A stretch of 24,000 nt of DNA from Christensenella sp. UBA4675 (GTDB taxonomy: Bacteria; Bacillota; Clostridia; Christensenellales; Borkfalkiaceae). The stretch spans positions 5,608 through 29,607 of the forward strand of contig DHLF01000001.1 of assembly GCA_002405165.1 (NCBI GenBank). Direction: 5' to 3'. The notes under the pieces are model-generated. The model was not told where the DNA came from, made no database searches, and saw nothing but the letters and a program-made list of their open reading frames with translations. Within the stretch, counting starts at the first letter, position 1; the number at the start of each line of letters is the position of its first letter. The translations under genes and the position numbers were made by a program. Positions 1 through 7,513 of the stretch are shown in pieces.

Positions 1-103
1 CGGAACCGAATACGAATTTACCGAAACGAACTGGAATGAGTATGCAAAAGTTAAACCGAGCGAAACAGTAAGAGAAGGTCAATTTATTTTAAAAACAAAG
101 TAA
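1..103 (+). CDS. C-terminal end of an upstream CDS (partial, product unknown)
   Basis: Stop-free frame from position 2 (GTEYEFTETNWNEYAKVKPSETVREGQFILKTK) ending at TAA 101-103. Too short to assign a family. Confidence 0.4.
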   Translation, partial: GTEYEFTETNWNEYAKVKPSETVREGQFILKTK

Positions 104-215
104 AAATTTTATAAATATTTTTTTTATAAATTTTAACTAAATTATTTGGCTAAAATAAAAGAAATCTTTACGGTTTTTTCCATTTAAAAAAATAAAAAAA
201 ATTTGCAAAAATCGT

Positions 216-244
216 TTGACAAATAATATTTAGTCGGATATAAT
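216..244 (+). promoter_or_regulatory. sigma-A type promoter P1 for T-box leader 1
   Basis: TTGACA 216-221, exact 17-nt spacer, TATAAT 239-244, with an A-rich tract upstream. Placed just 5' of the T-box Stem I. Confidence 0.75.
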
Positions 245-249
245 AAAGA

Positions 250-521
250 CAATCTAAATAAAGACTATGACGAAGACGGCTGAAAAAAGTTATTTTCACA
301 GAGAGTCGGTAAAAGGTGAAAGCCGATAAATTGTTTTTTCTCAAAAGCCCATCGCTTCCGAGTCGGAAATCCGAAATTTTTAAAGTAGGCGTTTCCCGTT
401 ATACTGCGTAAACGTGTAGGAATTGTTTGATTCCGTGAGAGGCAACTTTTAGTTGCAATTTGAGTGGTACCGCGAGTAAATTATTACCCGTCTCAAAGAA
501 ATTTGAGGCGGCTATTTTTTT
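250..521 (+). promoter_or_regulatory. T-box riboswitch leader 1 (putative specifier AUC = Ile)
   Basis: GA/K-turn base (GACUAUGACGAAG ... CUUCCGAGUC). AGAGAG box 300-305. Distal-loop GGTGAAA 315-321. Canonical T-box sequence AATTTGAGTGGTACCGCG 457-474 with UGGU bulge 465-468. Intrinsic terminator 488-521 (CCGTCTCAAA/TTTGAGGCGG plus T7), whose 5' arm CTCAAA can instead pair with TTTGAG of the T-box to form the antiterminator. Confidence 0.9.
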
Positions 522-634
522 ACGCTTTTCGTAAATAATACGTAAAGAATTAGAAAATATTTTATAGTGAAACAGCGAAGTTGTAAACGATGAAAAATAA
601 GTTTTGACTTCTTGTAAAAAACAGGAGAAAAAAG

Positions 635-2902
635 ATGGCAGAAGTAGATTCCGAAAAGTTATTGGAAATTGGCACGAGAATTAAAGAAATGCGTGAAATT
701 TTTAACTTATCGCAACAAGACATGGCGACCAAGTGCGAAGTTTCGCTAGAAGATTATTGCGCTTATGAAAACGGAAAAAAAGATTTACCTTTTACGTTTA
801 TTCATAAATGCGCCTTAGCTTTCGGAATAGGCATTACTGACTTATTAGAAGGTAGAAGCGCGCACCTTTCGTCTTATACCGTTACGAGAAAAGGGCAAGG
901 GCAAGAAACCGCAAAAGAAAACGGAATAGAAATTCAAAACCTTGCTCCGCTTTTCCGTAAAAAACTTGCTGAACCTTATTGGGTAAGATACGAATACAGT
1001 GAAAGTTTACAAAATAAACCTATTCATTTAACCAAGCACTCGGGACAAGAATTCGACCTGGTTTTAAAGGGTAGGTTAAAAGTTCAAGTCGGCGATAACG
1101 TCGAATACTTAGACGAAGGCGACAGCATTTATTATAACAGTTCCACACCGCACGGAATGATAGCGGTAGACGGTGAAGAATGTTTATTCGTTGCTGTAGT
1201 GTTGCCAGGTGAAAACGTAGAAGAAAACGTTTTAAGGGAAACGCTTATATCCGCAAGGGGAACGGACGAAAAATTCGTATGTTCTAAATTTATAAACGCA
1301 ACAGAAGACGAAAAGGGCGTTTTAAAAGCGATTGATTTTAACAACGAAGACAAATTTAACTTTGCTTTCGATATTTTAGACGAAATAGCTAAAAAAGAAC
1401 CTGACAAAAGGGCAATGGTTTACGTCGATAAAGACAAAAACGAAAAGTTCTTTACTTTTTCGGATATGAAAAAAGAATCGGCTCGTTCGGCTAACTATTT
1501 TAAATCCTTAGGAATTAAAAAGGGTGACAGGGTAATGTTGGTTCTTAAAAGACATTATCAATTTTGGTTTGCTATTATGGGACTTTGTAAATTAGGCGCG
1601 ATAGCAATTCCCGCAACTAATCAGCTTTTATCCCATGATTTCGAATATAGATTTAACGCCGCAGGCATAAAAGCGATAGTTGCAACCGCCGACGGGGACG
1701 TAGCTCATCAAGTTGATTTAGCGGAAAAAAATTCTCCCACGTTAGAGCTTAAAATACTCGTAAACGGAACGAGAGAAGGTTGGAGAGATTTTAACAGCGA
1801 ATACACTATGTATTCCACTCATTTTTATAGAACGGAGGACACTCCTTGCGGAGATGACTCTATGCTTATGTTCTTTACCAGCGGAACTACGGGATATCCG
1901 AAAATTGCGTGCCATTCGTTTAAATATCCGTTAGGACATTATATAACGGCAAAATATTGGCACGGAGTTTCTCCCGACGGATTGCATTTCACTATTTCCG
2001 ATACGGGTTGGGGAAAAGCTTTGTGGGGAAAATTATACGGACAATGGCTTTGCGAAGGAGCGGTATTCGTTTACGATTTCGACAGATTTTCGGCTTCCGA
2101 CATACTTCCTATGTTTAAAAAGTATAACATTACTACTTTCTGCGCTCCGCCCACTATGCTTCGTATGATGATAAAAGAAGATATTTCGAAATACGACCTT
2201 TCGTCTATTAAACATATGACGACTGCGGGAGAAGCGTTAAACCCCGAAGTTTATCGTCAGTTCGAAAAGGCTACGGGACTTCAAATAATGGAAGGATTCG
2301 GGCAAACGGAAACTACGCTTTCGGTTGCAAACTTAATCGGAAATCCGCATAAAGTAGGTTCTATGGGTAAACCTGTACCGCTTTACGATATGGATATAGT
2401 AGACGAAAACGGAAATAGCGTAGCTGTCGGCGAAACGGGAGAAATCGTAATAAAAACTTCCGATAAAATTCCTTGCGGATTATTTAAAGGATACTATCGT
2501 AACGACGAAAAGACCAAAGAAGTTTGGCACGACGGATATTATCACACGGGCGATACTGCTTGGCGCGACGAAGACGGATTTTTTTGGTACGTCGGCAGAG
2601 TTGACGACGTAATCAAATCTTCGGGATACAGAATAGGGCCGTTTGAAATTGAAAGCGTTATAATGGAACTTCCGTACGTTTTGGAATGCGGAGTAAGCGC
2701 ATATCCCGACGAAGTAAGGGGACAAGTAGTTAAAGCTAGCATTGTTTTGGTAAAAGGTAAAGAAGGAACGGAGGGACTTAAAAAAGAAATTCAAGATTAC
2801 GTTAAAAAACACACCGCTCCTTACAAGTATCCCAGAATCGTAGAATTTAAAACTGAACTTCCTAAAACGATAAGCGGAAAAATTCAAAGAAACAAGTTAT
2901 AA
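635..2902 (+). CDS. HTH(XRE)-cupin-acyl-CoA synthetase fusion, paralog 1 (AMP-forming short/medium-chain fatty acid-CoA ligase)
   Basis: ATG 635 preceded by AGGAG 623-627. N-terminus is an XRE-type HTH (NLSQQDMATKCEVSLEDYCAYENGKK). A cupin barrel follows (HSGQEFDLVLKGRLKV...GDSIYYNSSTPHGMIA). From FNFAFDILD onward it is an adenylate-forming ligase with FTSGTTGYPK, YHTGD, GRVDDVIKSSGYRIGPFEIE and PKTISGKIQR motifs. Confidence 0.93.
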   Translation: MAEVDSEKLLEIGTRIKEMREIFNLSQQDMATKCEVSLEDYCAYENGKKDLPFTFIHKCALAFGIGITDLLEGRSAHLSSYTVTRKGQGQETAKENGIEIQNLAPLFRKKLAEPYWVRYEYSESLQNKPIHLTKHSGQEFDLVLKGRLKVQVGDNVEYLDEGDSIYYNSSTPHGMIAVDGEECLFVAVVLPGENVEENVLRETLISARGTDEKFVCSKFINATEDEKGVLKAIDFNNEDKFNFAFDILDEIAKKEPDKRAMVYVDKDKNEKFFTFSDMKKESARSANYFKSLGIKKGDRVMLVLKRHYQFWFAIMGLCKLGAIAIPATNQLLSHDFEYRFNAAGIKAIVATADGDVAHQVDLAEKNSPTLELKILVNGTREGWRDFNSEYTMYSTHFYRTEDTPCGDDSMLMFFTSGTTGYPKIACHSFKYPLGHYITAKYWHGVSPDGLHFTISDTGWGKALWGKLYGQWLCEGAVFVYDFDRFSASDILPMFKKYNITTFCAPPTMLRMMIKEDISKYDLSSIKHMTTAGEALNPEVYRQFEKATGLQIMEGFGQTETTLSVANLIGNPHKVGSMGKPVPLYDMDIVDENGNSVAVGETGEIVIKTSDKIPCGLFKGYYRNDEKTKEVWHDGYYHTGDTAWRDEDGFFWYVGRVDDVIKSSGYRIGPFEIESVIMELPYVLECGVSAYPDEVRGQVVKASIVLVKGKEGTEGLKKEIQDYVKKHTAPYKYPRIVEFKTELPKTISGKIQRNKL

Positions 2903-2918
2903 AAACAATTAAATATAG

Positions 2919-2947
2919 TTGACAAATTTTTTTCGTGATGATATAAT
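2919..2947 (+). promoter_or_regulatory. sigma-A type promoter P2 for T-box leader 2
   Basis: TTGACA 2919-2924, 17-nt spacer, TATAAT 2942-2947 with a TGn extended -10 (TGA 2939-2941). Lies 17 nt after the stop of paralog 1 with no terminator in between. Confidence 0.75.
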
Positions 2948-2952
2948 AGCGA

Positions 2953-3226
2953 GCAATAAAGACGATGACGAAGAGAACTTATAAACGATACTTTCCAGAG
3001 AAAAAGCGTCAGGTGAGAGCTTTAAGTTAGTTTATAAACGTTTGTAGCTTCCGAGTCGGGAGAAAGAAAGAAGAAATTCCGTAGAATCTCCCCGAAAAGC
3101 GTTGCGTTAAAACGTAGGAATTGATTGATTCCGTAAGTGGCAGTTAAACACTGCAATTTGAGTGGTACCGCGGGTAAAAATGCTCGTCTCAAAGTATCTG
3201 ACTTTGGGGCGAGCTTGTTTTTTTCT
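2953..3226 (+). promoter_or_regulatory. T-box riboswitch leader 2 (putative specifier GUA = Val)
   Basis: Same architecture as leader 1. GACGAUGACGAAG ... CUUCCGAGUC base. AGAGAA 2997-3002. GGTGAGA 3012-3018. T-box AATTTGAGTGGTACCGCG 3155-3172 with UGGU 3163-3166. Terminator 3182-3224 (GCTCGTCTCAAAGT/ACTTTGGGGCGAGC plus T-run). Confidence 0.9.
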
Positions 3227-3250
3227 CTCCCCTAAAAAACGGAGGACGAT

Positions 3251-5545
3251 ATGGAACAGATGACAGGACTTGATTTAAAAATCAAGGAAGTTGCAGGCAG
3301 AATTAAAGAACTTCGCGAAATAGAAGGTCTTTCGCAACAAGATATGGCTTTAAAAACGGACGTATCGCTAGACGAATATCAAAAATGCGAACAAGGCGAA
3401 AGTAACTTAACGTTTGCTTTTATTTACCGTTGTTCTTTAGCTTTAAAGGTAAACGTAACCGATATTATAGAAGGTTATAGTCCCGAATTAAAAGCTTTTA
3501 CGGTAACAAGAAACGGTGCGGGACAAATAGTCAGCAAAGCGCACGGAATGACTTATTACAATATGGCGTACGCATTCCGCAACCGTATTGCAGAGCCGTT
3601 ATTCGTAAAAGCCGTATATAACGACGAAGCGCAGTATAAAGATATAGAACTTACCACTCACGACGGACAAGAATTAGATATAGTTATAAACGGATATTTA
3701 ATGGTTCAAGTCGGAAGTCATAAAGAAGTATTAGGTCCGGGTGATACTATTTATTACGATAGTTCCACTCCGCACGGAATGATAGCCGTAAACGGAAAAG
3801 ATTGCGATTTCTATGCGGTAGTATTAAATCCGTCGGGAGAGCCTATTCCCGAACTTGCAAGTTCTTCTTCGAAAGAAATTAAAGACAAGAAAACGGGATT
3901 TAAGGACGAAAAAGACAGAATTTACAAAAAGTATATCGACGTAGTAGAAAACGAAAACGGTACGCCCGTTTCGATTAAATTTAAAAATACCGAAAAGTTT
4001 AATTTTGCATTCGATTTAGTAGACGCGCTTGCCGAAAGGGAACCCGAAAAACTAGCAATGTTACACGTTTCCAACAATATGACCGAAAGAAGATTTACTT
4101 TTTCGGATATGAAAAAGGAATCTGCCCGTACGGCAAACTACTTTAAATCTTTGGGAATTAAAAAAGGCGACAGAGTAATGCTTGTACTTAAAAGGCATTA
4201 TCAGTTTTGGTTTGCAATGCTTGGCTTAAATAAATTAGGCGCAATTGCAATTCCCGCAGTATATCAATTACAAGAACACGATTTTGAATATCGTTTTAAG
4301 TCTGCGGGCGTAAAAGCTATAGTATGTACGGGGGACGGAGATACCGCTCATCAAATAGATATAGCGTGTCAGAATTGTCCCGACCTTACTATTAAAATAA
4401 TGGTAAACGGAACGAGAGATGGTTGGAGAAATTTCGACGAAGAATACAAAATGTATTCCACTCATTTCGATAGAACCGAAGATACCGCTTGCGGAAACGA
4501 TACTATGCTTATGTATTTCACTAGCGGAACTAGCGGTTATCCTAAAATTGCTGTTCACAACCACAAATACCCGTTAGGGCATTTCCATACGGCAAAATAT
4601 TGGCACGCCGTTGACCCCGAAGGATTACATTTTACTATTTCCGATACGGGCTGGGCAAAAGCAATGTGGGGGAAACTATACGGACAATGGCTAGCGGAAG
4701 CTGCTACTTTCGTTTACGATTTCGATAGGTTCGATGCCGAAAAAATTATGCCTATGTTTGCAAAATATCATATCACTACTTTTTGCGCTCCTCCTACGAT
4801 GCTTCGTATGATGATTAAACAAGATTTATCCAAATACGATTTTTCTTCCGTAAAGCACATGACGACTGCGGGCGAAGCATTAAATCCCGAAGTTTATCGT
4901 CAATTCGAAAAGCTTACGGGGTTACAGATACACGAAGGTTTCGGTCAATCGGAAAGTACTATGATAATAGGAAATATGATTGGCGCCCCGCATAAAATAG
5001 GTTCAATGGGTAAACCTGCGCCTATATACGATATAGACTTATTCGACCACGACGGAAAGAGTGTTCCCGTAGGCGAAACGGGAGAAATAGTAGTAAACGT
5101 TAAAAACGGAGTTCCTTGCGGATTGTTTACGGGGTACTATAAAGACGAAGCAAAAACCAAAGAAGTTTGGCACGACGGTTACTACCACACGGGTGATACC
5201 GCTTGGCGCGACGAAGACGGTTATTATTGGTACGTAGGAAGAGTAGACGACGTTATTAAATCTTCGGGATATAGAATAGGACCGTTCGAAATAGAAAGCG
5301 TTATAATGGAACTTCCGTACGTTTTGGAATGCGGAGTAAGCGCTTGTCCCGACGAAGTTAGGGGACAAATAGTAAAAGCAAGCGTAGTTCTCGTTAAAGG
5401 CGTTGAAGGTACTGAAGAATTAAAAAAAGAAATTCAAAATTACGTTAAAGAAAAAACCGCTCCTTATAAGTATCCCAGAATAGTAGTATTTAAGGACGAG
5501 TTACCTAAAACCGTTAGCGGAAAAATAATGAGGAATAAGCTTTAA
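3251..5545 (+). CDS. HTH(XRE)-cupin-acyl-CoA synthetase fusion, paralog 2
   Basis: ATG 3251 after GGAGG 3241-3245. Same three-module layout: HTH GLSQQDMALKTDVSLDEYQKCEQGES, cupin HDGQELDIVINGYLMV...GDTIYYDSSTPHGMIA, ligase motifs FTSGTSGYPK, YHTGD, GRVDDVIKSSGYRIGPFEIE, PKTVSGKIMR. The ligase part is highly similar to paralog 1. The HTH-cupin part is much more diverged. Confidence 0.93.
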   Translation: MEQMTGLDLKIKEVAGRIKELREIEGLSQQDMALKTDVSLDEYQKCEQGESNLTFAFIYRCSLALKVNVTDIIEGYSPELKAFTVTRNGAGQIVSKAHGMTYYNMAYAFRNRIAEPLFVKAVYNDEAQYKDIELTTHDGQELDIVINGYLMVQVGSHKEVLGPGDTIYYDSSTPHGMIAVNGKDCDFYAVVLNPSGEPIPELASSSSKEIKDKKTGFKDEKDRIYKKYIDVVENENGTPVSIKFKNTEKFNFAFDLVDALAEREPEKLAMLHVSNNMTERRFTFSDMKKESARTANYFKSLGIKKGDRVMLVLKRHYQFWFAMLGLNKLGAIAIPAVYQLQEHDFEYRFKSAGVKAIVCTGDGDTAHQIDIACQNCPDLTIKIMVNGTRDGWRNFDEEYKMYSTHFDRTEDTACGNDTMLMYFTSGTSGYPKIAVHNHKYPLGHFHTAKYWHAVDPEGLHFTISDTGWAKAMWGKLYGQWLAEAATFVYDFDRFDAEKIMPMFAKYHITTFCAPPTMLRMMIKQDLSKYDFSSVKHMTTAGEALNPEVYRQFEKLTGLQIHEGFGQSESTMIIGNMIGAPHKIGSMGKPAPIYDIDLFDHDGKSVPVGETGEIVVNVKNGVPCGLFTGYYKDEAKTKEVWHDGYYHTGDTAWRDEDGYYWYVGRVDDVIKSSGYRIGPFEIESVIMELPYVLECGVSACPDEVRGQIVKASVVLVKGVEGTEELKKEIQNYVKEKTAPYKYPRIVVFKDELPKTVSGKIMRNKL

Positions 5546-6207
5546 TGAATTATAAAAGAATAACTTTACTGTGCGGTCATTACGGTAGCGGTAAAACCAA
5601 CGTAGCCGTAAATATGGCGTTCGATTTAAAAGGCAGTCACGATAAAGTCGCAGTTGCGGATTTAGATATAGTAAATCCATACTTTCGTAGTAAAGACAGT
5701 AGCGAAGATTTTAAAAAAAGAGATATAAGGCTAATCGTTTCGGATTACGCCAACACTAATTTGGATATACCCGCGCTTCCGCAAGATATGTACGCGATAA
5801 CGGACGATAAAAGTCTTAAATGTGTTTTAGATATAGGCGGGGACGATAGAGGAGCTTTGGCACTTGGCAGACTTGCCCCTAAAATCGTAGAAGAAAACGA
5901 TTACGAAATGTTTATGGTAATAAACAAGTTTAGACCATTAACGCCCGACGCTTTATCCACGCTAGAAGTTATGAGAGAAATAGAATACGCAGGCGGAATA
6001 AGATTTACGGGTTTAATAAACAATTCTAATTTAGGGAACGAAACCACTGGCGAAGAGGTAATAAAAAGTATGGAATACGCTAGGGAATTAGAAAGAATAA
6101 GCGGAGTAAAATTAAAGCTTACAACTTGTAAAGCCGACCTATACGACGATTTAAAGGATAAAATAGAAAATTTATTTCCTTTAAATTTACAAAAGAAAAT
6201 AAATTAA
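5545..6207 (+). CDS. P-loop NTPase (SIMIBI-type, MinD/CooC-like), function unknown
   Basis: ATG overlaps the upstream stop (TAATG 5543-5547). Walker A is GHYGSGKT near the N-terminus and Walker B-like is VLDIGGDD. 220 aa, with no membrane segments apparent. Confidence 0.75.
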   Translation: MNYKRITLLCGHYGSGKTNVAVNMAFDLKGSHDKVAVADLDIVNPYFRSKDSSEDFKKRDIRLIVSDYANTNLDIPALPQDMYAITDDKSLKCVLDIGGDDRGALALGRLAPKIVEENDYEMFMVINKFRPLTPDALSTLEVMREIEYAGGIRFTGLINNSNLGNETTGEEVIKSMEYARELERISGVKLKLTTCKADLYDDLKDKIENLFPLNLQKKIN

Positions 6208-6242
6208 AGGGCTTGCCCGAAAAAATAAAGGAGAAAACTTTT

Positions 6243-6449
6243 ATGGCAAAATTAACGTTTAAAACCGATAACTGTAAAGGTTGCGGTTTGTGTGTGGACG
6301 TTTGTCCGAAAGGCGTTTTAGCTTTATCTAACGATAAGATAAACAAAAAAGGACATCATCCCGTAGAAGCAGTTAATCCCGACAAATGTATAGCTTGCGC
6401 ATTTTGCGCTATTATGTGTCCCGATTGTATAATTAAAGTTGAAAGGTGA
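6243..6449 (+). CDS. 2-oxoacid:ferredoxin oxidoreductase delta subunit (2x[4Fe-4S] ferredoxin-like)
   Basis: Two CxxCxxCxxxCP motifs (CKGCGLCVDVCP, CIACAFCAIMCP). I prefer ATG 6243 (AAGGAG 6228-6233, 9-nt spacing) over the TTG 6213 used by the ORF track. TGA stop 6447-6449. Confidence 0.88.
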   Translation: MAKLTFKTDNCKGCGLCVDVCPKGVLALSNDKINKKGHHPVEAVNPDKCIACAFCAIMCPDCIIKVER

Positions 6450-6453
6450 TATT

Positions 6454-7512
6454 ATGGCAGAAAAAGTATTGATGAAAGGAAACGAAGCTATTGCCGAAGC
6501 CGCTATTAAAGCGGGGTGCAGACACTATTTCGGCTATCCTATTACGCCACAAACGGAAATTGCCGCGTATATGGCTAAAAAAATGCCAAAGATAGGCGGA
6601 ACGTTTTTACAGGCTGAAAGTGAAATTGCCGCAATCAACATGGTATACGGCGTTGCAAGTGCAGGAAAGAGAGGTATGACTTCTTCTTCAAGCCCGGGAA
6701 TTTCTCTTAAAGGAGAAGGTCTTTCTTATATGGCAGGTGCGGATTTACCTTGTTTAGTTGTAAACGTACAAAGGGGCGGTCCGGGACTTGGCGGAATTCA
6801 ACCCAGTCAGTCTGACTATTTTCAGGCAACGCGCGGTGGCGGACACGGCGATTATCATATGATAGTTTTAGCTCCTGCGTCCGTTCAAGAAATGGCGGAT
6901 TTAACCATAAAAGCGTTTGATTTAGCGGATAAATATCGTATGACCGCTATGATTCTCGCGGACGGTACTATGGGACAAATGATGGAACCCGTTTCGCTCG
7001 ATTTCGACGTTGCTCCCGCTCCCGAAAAGCCTTGGGCTACTACGGGAACTCAAATGAAAAGGGCGCATAACATAATAAATTCGTTATCGCTTGTTCCCGA
7101 AGAGTTAGAACAACTTAATATCGCAAGGTATAAAAAGTACAAGCAAATAGAAGAAAACGAAACTATGTATGAAGAATACTTAATGGACGACGCGGAAATT
7201 GCTATTTGCGCGTTCGGAATTGCCGCAAGGGTATCTAAAAACGCGATAGACGAAGCAAGGAAAAAGGGAATAAAAGTAGGTATGATAAGACCTATAACGC
7301 TTTGGCCGTTCCCGCAAGCTCCGTTTAAAAAGGCGTTAAAAACCGTTAAGCATTTTATCAGCGTAGAACTTTCTATGGGACAAATGATAGAAGACGTAAA
7401 ACTCGCAACGGAATGTAAAGTTCCCGTAACGCTTTGCAACAGAGTAGGCGGAATGATAACTACTCCCGAACAAGTTTTACAAGCAATAGAAAAGGCTTAT
7501 AAGGAGGTATAA
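6454..7512 (+). CDS. 2-oxoacid:ferredoxin oxidoreductase alpha subunit
   Basis: N-terminus MAEKVLMKGNEAIAEAAIKAGCRHYFGYPITPQTEI is the typical OFOR alpha signature. ATG 6454 with GAAAGG 6441-6446 is preferred over TTG 6439, which would overlap the delta gene. Confidence 0.9.
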   Translation: MAEKVLMKGNEAIAEAAIKAGCRHYFGYPITPQTEIAAYMAKKMPKIGGTFLQAESEIAAINMVYGVASAGKRGMTSSSSPGISLKGEGLSYMAGADLPCLVVNVQRGGPGLGGIQPSQSDYFQATRGGGHGDYHMIVLAPASVQEMADLTIKAFDLADKYRMTAMILADGTMGQMMEPVSLDFDVAPAPEKPWATTGTQMKRAHNIINSLSLVPEELEQLNIARYKKYKQIEENETMYEEYLMDDAEIAICAFGIAARVSKNAIDEARKKGIKVGMIRPITLWPFPQAPFKKALKTVKHFISVELSMGQMIEDVKLATECKVPVTLCNRVGGMITTPEQVLQAIEKAYKEV

Positions 7513-7513
7513 T

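Noticed and set aside
105-137. AT-only quasi-palindrome (AAATTTTATAAATATTTTTTTTATAAATTTT) as a terminator of the upstream gene
   Set aside because: The stem would be all A-T with mismatches, which is too weak to call and is expected by chance in AT-rich spacers.
218-235. Imperfect inverted repeat GACAAA-N6-TTAGTC overlapping the P1 -35 and spacer, as a candidate operator for the HTH-cupin domain
   Set aside because: Only 6 of 9 positions pair, and no matching element was found at P2. It cannot be distinguished from chance without binding data.
340-3046. Alternative T-box specifier readings: CUC (340-342, Leu) or CCC (348-350, Pro) in leader 1, and UGU (3043-3045, Cys) in leader 2
   Set aside because: They are not at the equivalent position in both aligned leaders. 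UGU/Cys also conflicts with the UGGU bulge, because tRNA-Cys has U73. They are kept only as fall-back hypotheses, since I could not run a covariance model.
1132-5368. Minus-strand ORFs inside the two ligase genes (1132-1407, 2033-2215, 2480-2887, 2542-2742, 4268-4564, 5039-5368)
   Set aside because: They are antisense to genes with unambiguous motif support. They have no Shine-Dalgarno sequences and an odd composition. The two that look similar to each other merely mirror the paralogy of the sense strands.
6447-6449. Possibility of a Mollicutes-type code (UGA = Trp), given the AT-richness
   Set aside because: TGA terminates the ferredoxin-like ORF exactly before the alpha-subunit RBS and ATG. 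All long ORFs are intact under the standard code, with Trp encoded by TGG.
6213-6453. TTG starts proposed by the ORF track for the delta (6213) and alpha (6439) subunits
   Set aside because: The downstream ATGs at 6243 and 6454 each have a properly spaced purine-rich RBS. They give N-termini typical of these subunits, and the TTG at 6439 would overlap the delta coding region.
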